Shown: piece after piece, positions 48,401 to 60,709 of the stretch
Layout of the letters: each line of letters begins with the position of its first letter
Position numbering within the stretch: position 1 is the first letter of the stretch
NCBI GenBank assembly: GCA_964036045.1
Contig: OZ038378.1
Span: 121,334,001 to 121,398,000 of the forward strand
Direction: 5' to 3'
Source: Eutreptiella sp. 'Long Island Sound 2002'
Taxonomy: Eukaryota; Protista; Euglenida
Length of the DNA stretch: 64,000 bases
The notes under the pieces: generated by a model
What the model was told of the DNA's origin: nothing
Database searches by the model: none
What the model saw: the letters and a program-made list of their open reading frames with translations, nothing else
Position numbers and translations under genes: made by a program

Positions 48401-49700
48401 GCTGACCTATGCCAATCTCTGCTGTAATACCAAGGAGTCCCTTTGTACCAAGAACGGCCAGGCCGCCCTACAGCCATGTGGAGAACTCCATCCGAGCCGA
48501 GCTGGACCAGTTGGGACTGACAGCCCTAAGGGCTATGTTGGATGTTGAGCCCTGCGGCTCCAGTCACTTGGGCGGTGATTCTTCTGATGATGAGCCGCCA
48601 TGTCTGATGTCTGCTTCAGCCTCTGAGGACGATGACCCTGATGACCCCGAGAACCCGAGTGGCAAGAACAAAAAGAAAAAGATGAACAACAAGCGCCACG
48701 AGAGACGCAGGTCCGAGGAGGCTAAGGCCATCGCCACCTCCAAGATTGTGGTGAACTTGCCTGAGTTCACCGGGAAGAAGCTCAGCGAGTTCCCCCAGAA
48801 CTTTGGTCCGGTTTCTGAGGATGACCGGCAGACCCACGCTAGTGGTTGGGTGAAGTGCGATCTGCTCCTGCAGTGTTGCAAGACCAAGTACCCGGAGAAG
48901 CAGGTGAAGCAGATCGTGACGAAGTCCGCTACCTTCGCCGAGGTGTTGGTTGCACTACAGATGCAGTACCCTTCCCATGAGACCGACCTCTTCATCGTGA
49001 CCGAGATCAAGAACCTCGCTGTGTTGCCCAACAACCCAAAGGCGGCCCGGATTTCCGAGTTGCTGACAGACTTGGACCACTGAGCAGGGCGATTGACGCA
49101 CAAATTTATGGCAGCAACGAGCTGCTATTCTGCTTGGTGACCAAGATCCCACGAGATGTGTGGGATGAATTTTGGGCAACGGCAGAGCGCAAGGCAAAAC
49201 CCCCAAGCTATGAGGACTTGTCTGTGCTGCTTTTGGAGCTGGCGTCTGCGAAAGAAAGTGACCAGCACCTGAATGCATACCGCCCTGGAGGAGGCGTCTC
49301 TGGGAGCCATGGCCGGGGGTACGGGGGACCCCGACCTGGACAGGGGACTACCACCAAAAATTCTCGCATCATGAGAGGGGTCCAGGAACTTCTCTGGTGT
49401 GATGCCGGAGATGAGCAGGGTTGCCTGCTTCATGCCCCTGATTGCGACCATCAGAACCGTTTCCTGTTCCAGGGGAAGAAGCAGGAGACCAGCACCGGCG
49501 GCAAAGCCAAGCCGCAGGACTACTACAGGTGCACTATCACCTGTGTGTTCTGTGGTAAGAGGAAGCACTCCGAGGACGAGTGCTACCGCAAGCAACCCCT
49601 CTCGAGCGAGAACAGCTGCGGCAAGGGGTGTGGCAAGGGCAACTCCGCCCAGTAGAGTGGCAAGGGCAAGTCCAAGGGCTGTGACAAAGGCCACGAGAAG
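45417..49700 (+). pseudogene. gag: Lineage D gag (split by A4)
   Basis: KIVVNLPEFTGK capsid-like block (48409..49083) and zinc knuckle CVFCGKRKHSEDEC (about 49540-49585). Homologous to 61830-63900. Confidence 0.85.
45953..47966 (-). mobile_element. Family A-related insertion A4 with (CCTA)n tail and 14-bp TSD
   Basis: TSD CCAGTGGCATCCAG at 45939-45952 and 47967-47980. GTAGGTAGGTAGGTA at 45953-45967. About 1 kb of 3' end shared with A1/A3/A5, with a different body upstream. Internal repeats of about 62 bp x3 and about 180 bp x2. Confidence 0.88.
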
Positions 49701-50039
49701 GGCAAAAGTGGACTAGCAGGCTCTGACCACAAGCCTGACAAGCACGAGAACGCTGACAAGTCCGGAGGGAACCCCAATCCTACACCAGCGGGTAATCTGA
49801 GTTCTCTGGTTGGCAGTCGAATCCGGGGCCTACAGCCTGTTCCCAGACGCAAGCCCACCAAGAACAAGGGACTAAGCGTGCCAACGAAGATGAGGTCCAG
49901 TCTAACGCCCGCAAACCTTCCCGCTTCATGCGTATTGCGCGAAAACTCCGGAAGCCAAGGGGTTTGAAGTGACCTGTTCCGCGGATTTCTGACAGTGACG
50001 CCCTGGGGGATCTACAGACCTGTTGTTTTGGGTACGTAT

Positions 50040-53000
50040 CCGTGTTGGGTGACGAGAATACCTGGGAGTACTGGGGACTGTGGCCACTATATCTATTGTA
50101 GCCAAGAAGGTCTTACCTTGTGGGGACCTGAAGAACATCATACCTACTGCAGCCATTCGCATGGGAACTGGTCATGTGGTGCACAGTTGTTGGGACTGCG
50201 GGGTCAACATACCTATAGGATCAAGGAGCATTGCCCATCGGTTCTACGCGATCAACATCGAAGCCATCAACTTCCTACAGGGGACTGACTTCTTCGTCGA
50301 GCACTCCCAGATTCTATCCCTCACGCTGCAAGCACCCTACGTCCTCTAAGTGGACCATGGTGATGGAGGGGAATCTGTACCACTGGTGCAGTCTGAGACT
50401 CGTCAAGCTACCTGACTGTATGCAAGAAAGAGCCCTCTACCATGACGGTCGCCTCCAATTCTGAGGACTTTCAGCTCCATGGGGATGTCCTAGACCAAGG
50501 CCTGAAGGAGTTGCGCACCTCGGGTCAAGACCTTAACGTGGAGCTATTCGCCAGCGACAAGCAACATGTCTTGGACCTCTACTGCAGCAAGGGGAGAAAT
50601 TGCTGCTACAAATCTTACTGGCCCCCTTTCAGGATGGCTTACGGGACCCAAGGTTCAGTAAACTGGGGAGCGTCTTCACCATGGTGGCCCTGGAACGTTC
50701 CCGCATGGACCTGTGTTCCCCTGATTGGGGAGCCCATGGGGGACATGAGTGCTGGCGTACTCTGTTGGATAAGCTGACGCTCACCTCCGTCCAGTTACCT
50801 GATGACGCCATCTACGTGCCTCTGGGCCGGAAGACGCCCATTGGGAAGCCCGGATGGGGGAGTATGCTTAGTGTGGTGGACAGGGGTCTGACCCCTGTGC
50901 CCTGGGAACATCTGGACCCAGCTATTGTCCAAGAAATTCAACGTGAGAGCGACGGCTACACCCTGAGTGTCCTGAAAGATGGACTACGGCTACGGAAGCC
51001 GACTACGGATGCTGTGGAGACTACTCTAGGGGGGAACAAATACGTCGTCTCTGACACCACTGCCCCAAGATCCCCCTGCCATGTACCTAATTTTGATGTA
51101 GCTTCAGATTAGTGGCCATCTCAGCTGCCCAGCTTAATACACTCTGATGACAAAACCGAGCACGACGACTTCTTCGTGCTGACATGCGTGGAGGAAGTGA
51201 AGAATGCTGGGTACGCTGCCCCACAGAAGTTCGTAATCTCCATGAGGGGAGGGGAGCCTTTGGGCGGGGGGTTGGACCCCTGATCCCGGCTGAGGCAGTA
51301 CGTGGATTCGAAGAGGAGATTGGTGGCGAAAAAGCTATGCTACGCTAAGCCTAGCCCGTTGTTCATGGCCGTTGAAACCAGGGTCTGTGGGAGATATCTC
51401 CCAACCGAAGGAGGACCTAGAACGGAAGATCATTACCTGGCAAAGGGAAGTGAAACTTGAGCTCATGAAGAGTGTATGGGGTTCCCATGGGAGGACCCCA
51501 GAGGAAGATGAACTCTGAGAGGAATGCGTATGCCAACCCCCTCGAGCGTGCCTCTGCTGCCAGGGGCCACCTGAGATTGTGGAACGAGCCTTCTATACGC
51601 CTTTCAAGGTTTGAAGGATAGTACCAAGGAAGCTGGGCCAGTTGAAGATCACATCCCTGCTTCTTTACACCAAGGGGCAAGCAATCTACCCTCTGAAGAG
51701 GATCTGGAGGACAAGATCAAGCTCTTGGACCACGGAGTACAGAAGCTGATCAGGACCTACCTGGAGGTGTTCTAAGAACTACCCCCTCGAGCTTCCTGTG
51801 ACAAGCTAGTACAGATGGACCTGAAGCTGTAGCCCGGCTTCTTGGGTCACAAGATACGTAAGACACCCTACCCGGTGCCTAAAGAGCGGGCCGATGAGGT
51901 TGAGCGACAGATCCAAGGGTGTATCGACGCTGGCCTGGTTCTTGACTACAAGGATGGGGACTATCTCCAGGATTGCAGCTGCCGTTTCCTGTTGGCTAAG
52001 CCGGGGTCCACAGCCAAACCGCTGGTGATGGACTACGGAGAGCTGAAGAAGAAGACGCTGAACCACTCAGGGTCCATTCCTAGCATTGAACCAACTGTCG
52101 AGAAGATAGCCTCCTGCCGCTACAAGATGAAGATGGACAAGCGGAGTGGATTCTGGCAAGTGGACCTGACGCCAAATGCTCAGGAGCTCCTAGCCTTCGT
52201 CACCCCTCAGGAGAGGGTGTTCAAGTCGAAGGTCACGCCTTTTGGCGTGGCGAACGCAACCACTCAGTTTCAAGAGCTGATGAACAAGATCCTGTCAAGC
52301 CTACCCCGGAGACCTCTGTTGTAAGAACTCATATTCTGAAGCGCCCAGATGGAAGCACACATCGACGATCTATGCCTCGGAACGAAAACTCAGAAGGACA
52401 ACCTAATCCTCTTGGGTGAGTTCTTTGCGGTCTGCGAGGAGAACCACACCAGACTCAAGCTGGAGAAGTGTGAGTCAATGCAGGAGACTATGCAGTAGCT
52501 GGGGTGCAACATTGGCTACGGGTGGTGGACCCCTGCGGCCTCTAAGGCCAAACACCTGATGCATGCTAAGATACGACATGAGGACTCCAAGAAGGGACTC
52601 CATGATGTACGTACTTTCATTGGGGTCTGCAACTTCTACCGCCGCCACATCAGAATTTCACCTACACCAGCGCCATCTTGACAGACTTCATCAAGAAGAG
52701 TACTACCTGGCGCAGGGGCCCTCAGGAACAACAAGCGTTTGAGGAGCTCAAGGACAGAATGGCGACCGCTAAATACCTGGGAGTGCCTAGGGTACAGGTG
52801 AAAATTATCCTCGGAACGGACGCCAGCAATGCCCGCGGAGGTGGAATGTTGTTCCAGTGGCAAGCACTAGAGAAGGAGGAGTTCGACTCGGCCATTTCTC
52901 AATGGGGGACTGATTGACTGAACCGAGGCGGTACCCTCAAGCACAGCCACCCTCACATTAAAGGAGTCCTGGTTCCCCTGGGTCATTGGAACTGGAAATG

Positions 53001-53706
53001 GAACCAGGCCCGGGGTAACTACTCCACCTATGAGCAGCAACTGCTAGCGAGTATGCTGGTGCTATCCTCTCAGTATTGTTTGTTGGGGAGCAATGCAGTG
53101 GTTTGGCTGTGTGACCAAGAAGCCGTCCGCACCTTCCAGAAGGGACCCTTACCTGGGAAGGCTAAGCTCAGAGACTGGTAGACCTACCTGAGCCTGCCAC
53201 GCCTCTCAGGTCACCATATCCTCGGCGTCCAGAACGACCTTGCGGACTGCATCAATGATTGGTGTCACGTCTGAAGTGCTAGCCAAGGAGGCGTTCAGCC
53301 GTATGGATGTACACCTGGACCTCAACATGACCATGATCAGACCCCTAGATGGACTCATACAAGTCGAGTACCTGAAGGAGTTTGCAGACATCTACAAATG
53401 CCTTGAAAAGCGTCTGGAACCCGTCCTGGTCAACCAGGAACAGTGGAAGAGGGACAAGACCTATCTGTGGCATGAGGACTGGATAGTTGTGCCTAGTGAC
53501 CGTATCCTACCACTCCTCAAGTGGACCCATGAGTCTAGTGTTCATGTTGGAGCAGACTGTACCCTCAAGCTGTTCAAGCAGTGCTTCCGGTCTACGTGAA
53601 GTGACCATCAGCTGCGGAGAACCCTCCAGCCCATCGTGAACAATGCTCGTGTCGGTCCTGCAAACCTGGGGATATCAGGGACAGAGGTCTCTATTCGACA
53701 CTTCCT
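50040..53706 (+). pseudogene. pol: Lineage D pol: protease, Dam-like domain, RT, RNase H, integrase N-terminus
   Basis: PR GVLGTVATISIV (DTG intact in D2). RT LLAKPGS...VMDYGELKK, DKRSGFWQV, PFGVANA, HIDD. RNase H GTDASN...NYSTYEQQLL...CDQEA. Integrase THESSVHVG. Confidence 0.92.
50442..50900 (+). pseudogene. Dam-like domain in lineage D pol (copy D1)
   Basis: VELFAS...LYCSKGRNCCYKSYWPPFRMAYG(N)PRFSKLGSVFTMVAL...W...QLPDDAIY...PGW. A 1-nt deletion at about 50650 splits ORFs 50442..50777 and 50600..51112. Confidence 0.65.
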
Positions 53707-54282
53707 TGTAACTGCAGCGTCTCAATAGTCTTTTCCAGGAACCACCTTGAAGCCCCATGTAAAGGACAATGAACAAGCTCACAAACCCAAGTCCCGCTTC
53801 TTAGCAAATGCACAGCACAAACGAAGACGGAGGTGCTGATCTGAATCCACTCCAAGCATAAATCTTGGGGGAACATATAGTTTGAATCAAAAGTACATGG
53901 TCCTGACTGCCTAAAGGAAAGACAAAAATGCGCTATGTATATAACATGCAATCTGGACTGCGGGGAAAATCATGACGACACAGTAAAGTAATAGAAATAC
54001 AATGAACTCATCGAAATAGCAAAATCATGCTGTAGAAATTAAGAATAACTCCAATTGCAAAAATTACTGGCGGTGATCTGTGGGCGCGGGCGACCTGTCT
54101 GTCCTATCATTGGACTGTCAATCACTGCCCTTGCGTGTGGTGTCTTCCTTCTGGTTCCCTCGGTGGTTCTCTTGGCTCACCACTCCCACTCACCTTGCTT
54201 GTCCCTTGCCATGCTCGTCCCTTACATACTCGCTGTGCTTGTCCCTTGCCTTGCTTGTCCCTCGCCCTGCTCGTCCCTTACA
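53707..54282 (-). repeat. LTR of element G (left, putative 3' LTR)
   Basis: Direct repeat of 59382-59961, with about 9 differences in the first about 75 nt. Confidence 0.95.
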
Positions 54283-56882
54283 TTCCCCTACGCTGGGCGG
54301 CGGGGTTCACCGGATGGACGATGGGCAGACCGGACACGTGACGGGTGTGGTGTGGGAGCGGTGGTGTGTGTCTGTATGGTGTGGGCACTCCGCTATATGC
54401 CGGAGAGGATACCCGGAGGCATGTGGATCTGCACACGACCTCAGGTATACCATGCATGAAATGCGATCAGAAATCTGCAATATGAGATCTGGTGATGATA
54501 TGATCCTGATGACCTGAGCATGTGTCATGTGTCATTTGTCATGTCTCATGTCTCATGTAAAATGTCATTCTACATGATGACCTCAAATCCAGATGAAGTT
54601 CACTGTTGGAACTGAGTGTAGAAGTGAAAACGAAACACAACAAGTGACAACTTTGTTCAAAAAGCCACTGGTCGTCGTCAGGCTTGCGCCTCCGATCTGC
54701 CAGAGAATTTTGGAAGGTCAATTCAAGGTCAATCCTGGAAAACAAGGCCCAATTCAGGGTACGTTCCGGATGAACCTGGCAAATTGGCCTTAAATATACG
54801 TGAATGGAGCTTTCTCGAAAGGCTACAAAGCCCAAAACAGCTTGTAGTTGACAGGTACCAGCGTCGACGTACAACAACACGACGCTTCTCGTCCCTCGAA
54901 GTCGCCAACTCGCTCTGATGCACCCGAAAATTCCTTAAAAATGGCACCAAATGGTATGAAATTTGCCTCCATCTTGTACACTGATACGCACGAATCTCCA
55001 GACTGACCTGTCATCACCAACAAAGTCCAACACTAGCGTCGACAGGACTCCTGTCGCCACGTGTACGTGTTGTACAGGCTCGTCGAAGTGCGATGAAACA
55101 GTCTGCGAAAAGTAAATTACAGTCAAAATGGCCAATATGGGCACGGGACAATTCTGTGGTTATTTCTGGAAGGATGAAGCTGAAATGAGTGAAAATGTTG
55201 GTGCAACCAAAGCACAACATAACACAAACAGTGGTTGATACATGTTTGCAACAACTCTTCGTCACCCTCGAACTCATTCGCTGACCATCCCCTTCGAAAG
55301 GTCACAAATGTCAGGCAAAAGTCCAGAGAAAATGAGCAAAGCCCTGTAATGTGCAAAGCAAATGAAGTCAGTTCTAGCTCAGATGCTGGAGAATGTGTGA
55401 GGGGCCATGAGGAAGAATAGTGCAAGACACACTAACAAAGCTTCTGAAACAGCTGGCGCACAACAAAAAACTTACAAAATAGCTCTGGTTCAAAATTGTA
55501 ACCGGCACCCAATGAAGGATGTCATGACACTCAAACCTCCCACTAGAAAACTGGAGCACTCGAAGGGAATGAGACCTAAGTCTTCAACCATGGCTTTCCA
55601 CTGTGTACACCTCACTCAGTAGCTTGTGGAATGACAAACAAACGGTTAGAGAGAGGACTCATGTATCACCGTCGGTTTGAAGACAAAACATACAACCATT
55701 CTCAACTCTGCCGCAACCGAAAGGAATGCTTCTGGTTGTTTCTTCCACCTCCCTCTCGACAGAACTGAACCTAGTGCACTGTCCAACGACACAAAAAGCA
55801 CAGAGGACAACCTTTCAAGGACATCATTTTGTCATATAAAGTCAAACATCTCCTGGAGTCCAGTAAATCAAGACTTACCCAAGAGAGAAAACCCAATGCC
55901 AATAAGCACAGTAAAAGACGAGTGCAAAAGGGACGCATGTTAAGCAATCGTGACGCCTCGCGGACTGATAAACAAAAGTCCCATAAGGCCACACCTCCAT
56001 ACCTTCCAAACTCCCTTGGATGTTCCGGAATTTGTTTACAATTTTGGTCCTCTTAGAAGAGTTGACCAAGAGCTCAAGTAAAGGCAGAACTTCAAGTTCA
56101 AACAACCTCGCGTGAGCCTCTAACAGCAAAGTACGTACCTCACCCTCATATCGAAGCAACCAGAACCTATCGTCATAGGCCTCTATACGCCGATGCTTGC
56201 GTTCGCTTTGGGCCCACTCACACTCGAAACCATGGATCAAACAAAGAACCGCACGTCCTTGCACTATGGTTTTGCAAGGCACAATTCTTGTACCCACTGG
56301 CAGTGAGATGGGCTTACCCTGAAACCAGTCGGCTCCTGCTGGACGTAACGGTGAGGGTAAAGAGAGAGGAGAAAACACTGTGGGTTCCTCTTTCAGCACT
56401 GGAGGAGAATGCTCAGCCAACAATGTTTCATCAGTGACCAACTGTGGCCTGGGTGTATTTTGCTCTTGCTCTTGTTCAGACTCAGGGGAATTCGGCTGTT
56501 TTTGTGACTCCCACTAAGAATGTATCGCTTGGCGCAACGCTGAGTACGAGTCCTCAGGACAACCAGTGAAAAAACGGAAGCATTCTGGCGCAAAGTACCT
56601 GTAGTCAAGGGGATGTGAGCAGTCACCCCAACCTTCTTCCATAGAGTTGGAGCTTTCCCAGAAATCGCTGATCAAGCCTTTTCTAAATCTGTTCTGCCAC
56701 TGAAGTCTCCATTTCCGGAGTTTTTTCTCCTCAATGACACAGTAAACAAGGAGCAAAGAAGTTCTTCTGTGCTGAAAGAATGGCACTTCTGTTCGAAACT
56801 TCACTTGCAAAAATAACTTTTGTTGCACGTTCTACAAGCTCAAAGAGCGATTGTACAAACTTGGTTTACCCCAGGGTTAGTA

Positions 56883-58309
56883 CAATACAGTACGTGTAAT
56901 GTATTGTATCGTTCCGATACAGTACTGTAATGTAATGTATTGTATCTCAAAATCTTCTTGCAAAGTACTATTTGCTCACAGGAGTTATGTTCCTTTACTT
57001 TGCAGCTATTCTCCTTCAGTTTACACCCTGCAATTGCTTGCGATAAGCATGACTTGTCTTTCCTGTAACAATCCCATTCCTCTCAAACAGATCGCATCAA
57101 TACCTGAAGCTGCTTTTCCCAAAACTGCAAAGCAATTTTAGAACACTCTCCTCAAACAAGTTTGAAAAGCCTGCAAAATGTCTCTTAACCTAGGGGTGTG
57201 GCGTGCTTGTGCTTGTACTTGTGAATGAGTGGTGTGCTTGTGTGGAATGCAAGTGCACATGTAGTTAGCAATGTGCAACCCTGGTGATTGAAGTTCCACC
57301 TCAAAACTCAAAACCAAATTTTCCCAATAAACAAATATACACCAACAACAACGCCTTATAGGGACAGGCTCAACCCTGGCAAACTTTGCACAAAGAAAAC
57401 AGTTACACACTTGTATTTTCTGAAAACCAGTAAGTATCCGTGCCGGACCTCGCTCACCTTGGGCAAGTTCATCAACATTCCTTGGAGGGGTACAATTAAC
57501 CTCTGAAATGGGAAAGCAAAAGCAAGCTTGGACCTCAGCAGGTCAGTACAAAGCCCTGTTCAAATCTTCAGGGCTGGCTGAGGCACTGGCGTGAGAGCCA
57601 CAATTTCAGATTCAAACATTTAAAGAGCATCTTGGTCAGCAGCACGCGCGAACACTCAAATGACACCCACAGAACGCAGCGACACTCAAATGACACCCAC
57701 ATTACGCGCCAGCACTCAGATGACACCCACAGTACGCGCAAAAACTCAGGTGACACTCACAGCACACACCGACACTCACATGACACTCACAGCACGCGCG
57801 AACACTCAGATGACACTCACAGCACGCGCCGACACTCACATGACACTCACAGCATGCGCGAACACTCAAGTGACACTCACAGCACGCGCCGACACTCACG
57901 TGACACTCACAGCACGCGCAAACACTCAAGTGACACTCACAGCACCCGTCCACATTCAAATGACACTGACAGCAGGCGCCGACACGCAAATGACACTCAC
58001 AGCACACCTGAACACTCAGATGACACTGACAGTGACTCCTTCTTCTGTTCTTTCTCTGTGCATATTCTTCCCTCCTGTTCCTCTTCTCCTCCTGCTTCAC
58101 TTGCTTCTTGTGTCGCCCTGCACACGCAGAAGAAGCAGAAAAAGTCGACCACCAATCGTTGTCAAACGTATTTCAAATCAAATTCATTGCAAATTCTATA
58201 AAATACCTTACATTTGCACCGTTAATCCTTGGCAACATTTGTTTGTTTTGCTGCAGCACGCGCGTCTGGCGCCAGTCGGCGGCCACCCCAGAAGACACGT
58301 ACTGTATTG
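56883..58309. mobile_element. Candidate MITE (TA TSD, 15-bp TIR) inside element G
   Basis: TACAATACAGTACGTGT (56881-56897) is the exact reverse complement of ACACGTACTGTATTGTA (58295-58311), which parses as TA|CAATACAGTACGTGT...|TA. Confidence 0.5.
57640..58032. repeat. 30-bp minisatellite, about 13 copies
   Basis: Consensus-like CAGCACGCGCGAACACTCAAATGACACTCA with a 15-bp half-period. Open in several frames. Confidence 0.95.
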
Positions 58310-59381
58310 TATTCTCGCGATACAGTACGCATATTTATACGTTACGCGTATATATACGCCGTCTCTTCCAACCCTGGTCTGCCCAGAAAGCTGAAATGTC
58401 CTTCCTGGTGACCTGTTGCTGTTCAATGAGTGGCCACAATAGGCTCCTCAACTTTTTTCTTCTTTGTTCTTACTTACTGGTGCCACAAGTGGCTGAGATT
58501 GAGAAGAAGAATAAGAAGTGTCAAACAAACTGGAGTTCAAGCTATCCAAAACTGAGTCTTGAACCAACAATTCATCGTCGAACCTTTCTGAACCAACTGG
58601 TTCATCGCTGCACACCGACCCTTGGTCACCGTATTGCACTGGCGCTGGTATTCCTTAACCTGATCGGACTTCATCAAACCCAAATGTGCCACTTCTTGAA
58701 GAAACTTCAAAATTTGAAAGTTCCACTGGATGGACCTGGAATGTCCTGGAATGTGGCGAACGACCTTTACGAACGCGGTCAACGCGACGCGTCGGACAAC
58801 AGGAAACGTCATTGTTGTCGACATCTGGCGTCGGCGACTGACGAAGTGACGAATTGTCCAAAAATGAAATTGGGGATATATTGGCATCCTGACCTTTTTT
58901 GTGTGAAGGCCTTAAAATGAAAGTGGATGAGGGGCTAGTATCTGTAAAAAGAAAAGCAAAATCGTCAAGCAAGTCTCTGAGAGACTGAACAGAAACAGAT
59001 ACCCTACATATTCTGATAGAACATCCTTCAGAAATTGACTCACAGTCACTAGAAATTGCATAATTAGGCAATATATCAGCCTTTTTGAGACCTTTCCTAC
59101 CTTTTCGTGCAGATGTAAGGTCTAAGCCCCTATGCAAAACAATCTGATTCAAGCTGGCTGGTCGTTTTGGACTTGTCCCCAAAGGTCTCGACACGGATTC
59201 GTCACTAATTCGCGTCGAATCCGACTCTTCCTCAACGTTTTTGATATTAATCCACGCAATTTGAGCCTTCAAAAGCACCGCAACGAAGAGGGAAATAAGG
59301 AGAATTGTTGGGACCTTGCTTTGTTCCTCAAGGACTCTCGTAGCCTTCGAACGAACTGGCTGGTCGATGAATGTACTGTCA

Positions 59382-59961
59382 TCTAACTGCAGCGTGTCAA
59401 TATTCTCTTCCGGGAACTACCTTGAAGCCCCATGTAGAGGACAGTGAACAAGCTCACAAACCCAAGTCCCGCTTCTGAGCAAATGCACAGCAGAAACGAA
59501 GACGGAGATGATGATCTGAATCCACTCTAAGCATAAGTCTTGAGTCTGGGAACATATAGTTCAAATAGACAGTACATGGTGCTGACTCGATAAATGAGAT
59601 GCAATAATGCACTATGTATAAAACATACAATCTGGCCTGCGGGGAAAGTCATGGCGACACAGCAAAGTAATAGAAATACAATGAAGTCCTTGGAATAGCA
59701 ATATCATGCTGTAGAAATTAAGAATAACTCCAATTGCAAAAGTTACTGGCGGTGATCTGTGGGCGCAGGCGACCTGTCTGTCCTATCATTGGACTGTCCG
59801 CCACTGCCCTTGTGTGTGGTGTCTTTTTTCTGGTTCCTTCGGTGGTTCTCTTGGCTCACCACTCCCACTCACCTTGCCTGTCCCTCACCATGCTCGTCCC
59901 TCACATACTTGCCGTGCTTGTCCCTCGCCTTGCTTGTCCCTCGCCCTACTTGTCCCTTACA
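59382..59961 (-). repeat. LTR of element G (right, putative 5' LTR)
   Basis: Direct repeat of 53707-54282. Starts TCTAAC versus TGTAAC and ends TTACA. Confidence 0.95.
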
Positions 59962-60461
59962 TTCCTATCCCACGCTGTGCCAACAGTGTACTCTATGTGG
60001 ACTCCACGGAGATGCCTAAGTTCAAGGGCTATGACTTCGGCCTACTCGTAACCTGTGGGCTGACCAGGTTCACCAGGGTGTTCCCATGCACTAAACACTT
60101 CACCGGCGAGGAGACCATCAAGAAACTCCTGGAACAGTTGTTTTGTGTCAATGGGGCACCCAAAGAAATTAACTCCGGCGAGGATGTCCGAGTACACTCT
60201 GACACTGGCTGGTACAAAAGAGTCGTGAGGTCCCAACATGTCCACGTGTCAACGGGGATTCCCTACACTCATACGAGTAACTCCCTATGGGAGCGACAGA
60301 TTCGAGTTCTCAAAGAGAACATAAGGATATGGTGCAAGACTGAGGGCACCAACGACTGGGTGAGACTGCTCCCCGTCGAATCCCTGATGATGAACTCCCA
60401 AGAGAGTCCGGCTACTGGCTATTCGCCCCATGAGCTGTTCATGGGACGCATGGCGTGGTAG
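59962..60461 (+). pseudogene. pol: Lineage D integrase core (continuation after G)
   Basis: IPRCANSVLYVDSTEMP...LTRFTRVFPC...PKEINSGED...SNSLWERQIRVLK...GYSPHELFMG. Confidence 0.9.
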
Positions 60462-60465
60462 AAAG

Positions 60466-60709
60466 TGTTATAGTGTTTTCAGCACTGTGTTTTTGTTGTG
60501 CCTATCCTGCTGCTCACTGCTGCCGTAGGGTTCCTGCGGCTTGTTCTTGATGAGCCAAATGTGTTATTGTTGGAATACAACCGATCCCGGATAACCCAAG
60601 CCAGAGATAAGCAAGTAGAAGATAAACAGGATCAAAGCATGAAGGGCTGCAGTCACAAAGAGTTAGATAAAGACAACTATCAACAATAGACTACAGCAAT
60701 TAACATACA
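60466..60709 (-). repeat. LTR-like fragment of lineage D at the D1/D2 junction
   Basis: Minus strand TGTA...TAACA, with patchy similarity to 45099-45316 (TGACTGCAGCCCTT, GGCACAACAAAA). No TSD. Confidence 0.45.

Larger units (their letters stand above)
53707..59961 (-). mobile_element. LTR element G without recognisable gag/pol (LARD-like), inserted in D1 integrase
   Basis: TG...CA termini, 5-bp TSD TTCCT (53702-53706 / 59962-59966), LTRs 53707-54282 and 59382-59961. Purine run GTAGGGGAA precedes the left LTR on the minus strand (PPT-like). Confidence 0.92.
45099..60465 (+). mobile_element. Ty3/gypsy lineage D, copy D1 (LTR-like-gag-PR-MTase-like-RT-RH-INT), carrying insertions A4 and G
   Basis: Ordered domains on the plus strand. 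Putative LTR about 45099-45316 resembles 60466-60709. Removing the two TSD-bounded inserts restores gag (EPVASSSP) and integrase (TLPIPRC). Confidence 0.88.

Noticed and set aside
57640-58032. 30-bp direct repeats as a CRISPR array
   Set aside because: The units are head-to-tail with no unique spacers.
45099-60465. Classifying the Dam-like-domain elements as DIRS
   Set aside because: They have a DDE integrase in gypsy order, an aspartic protease in C and D, the domain precedes RT, and no tyrosine recombinase was seen.
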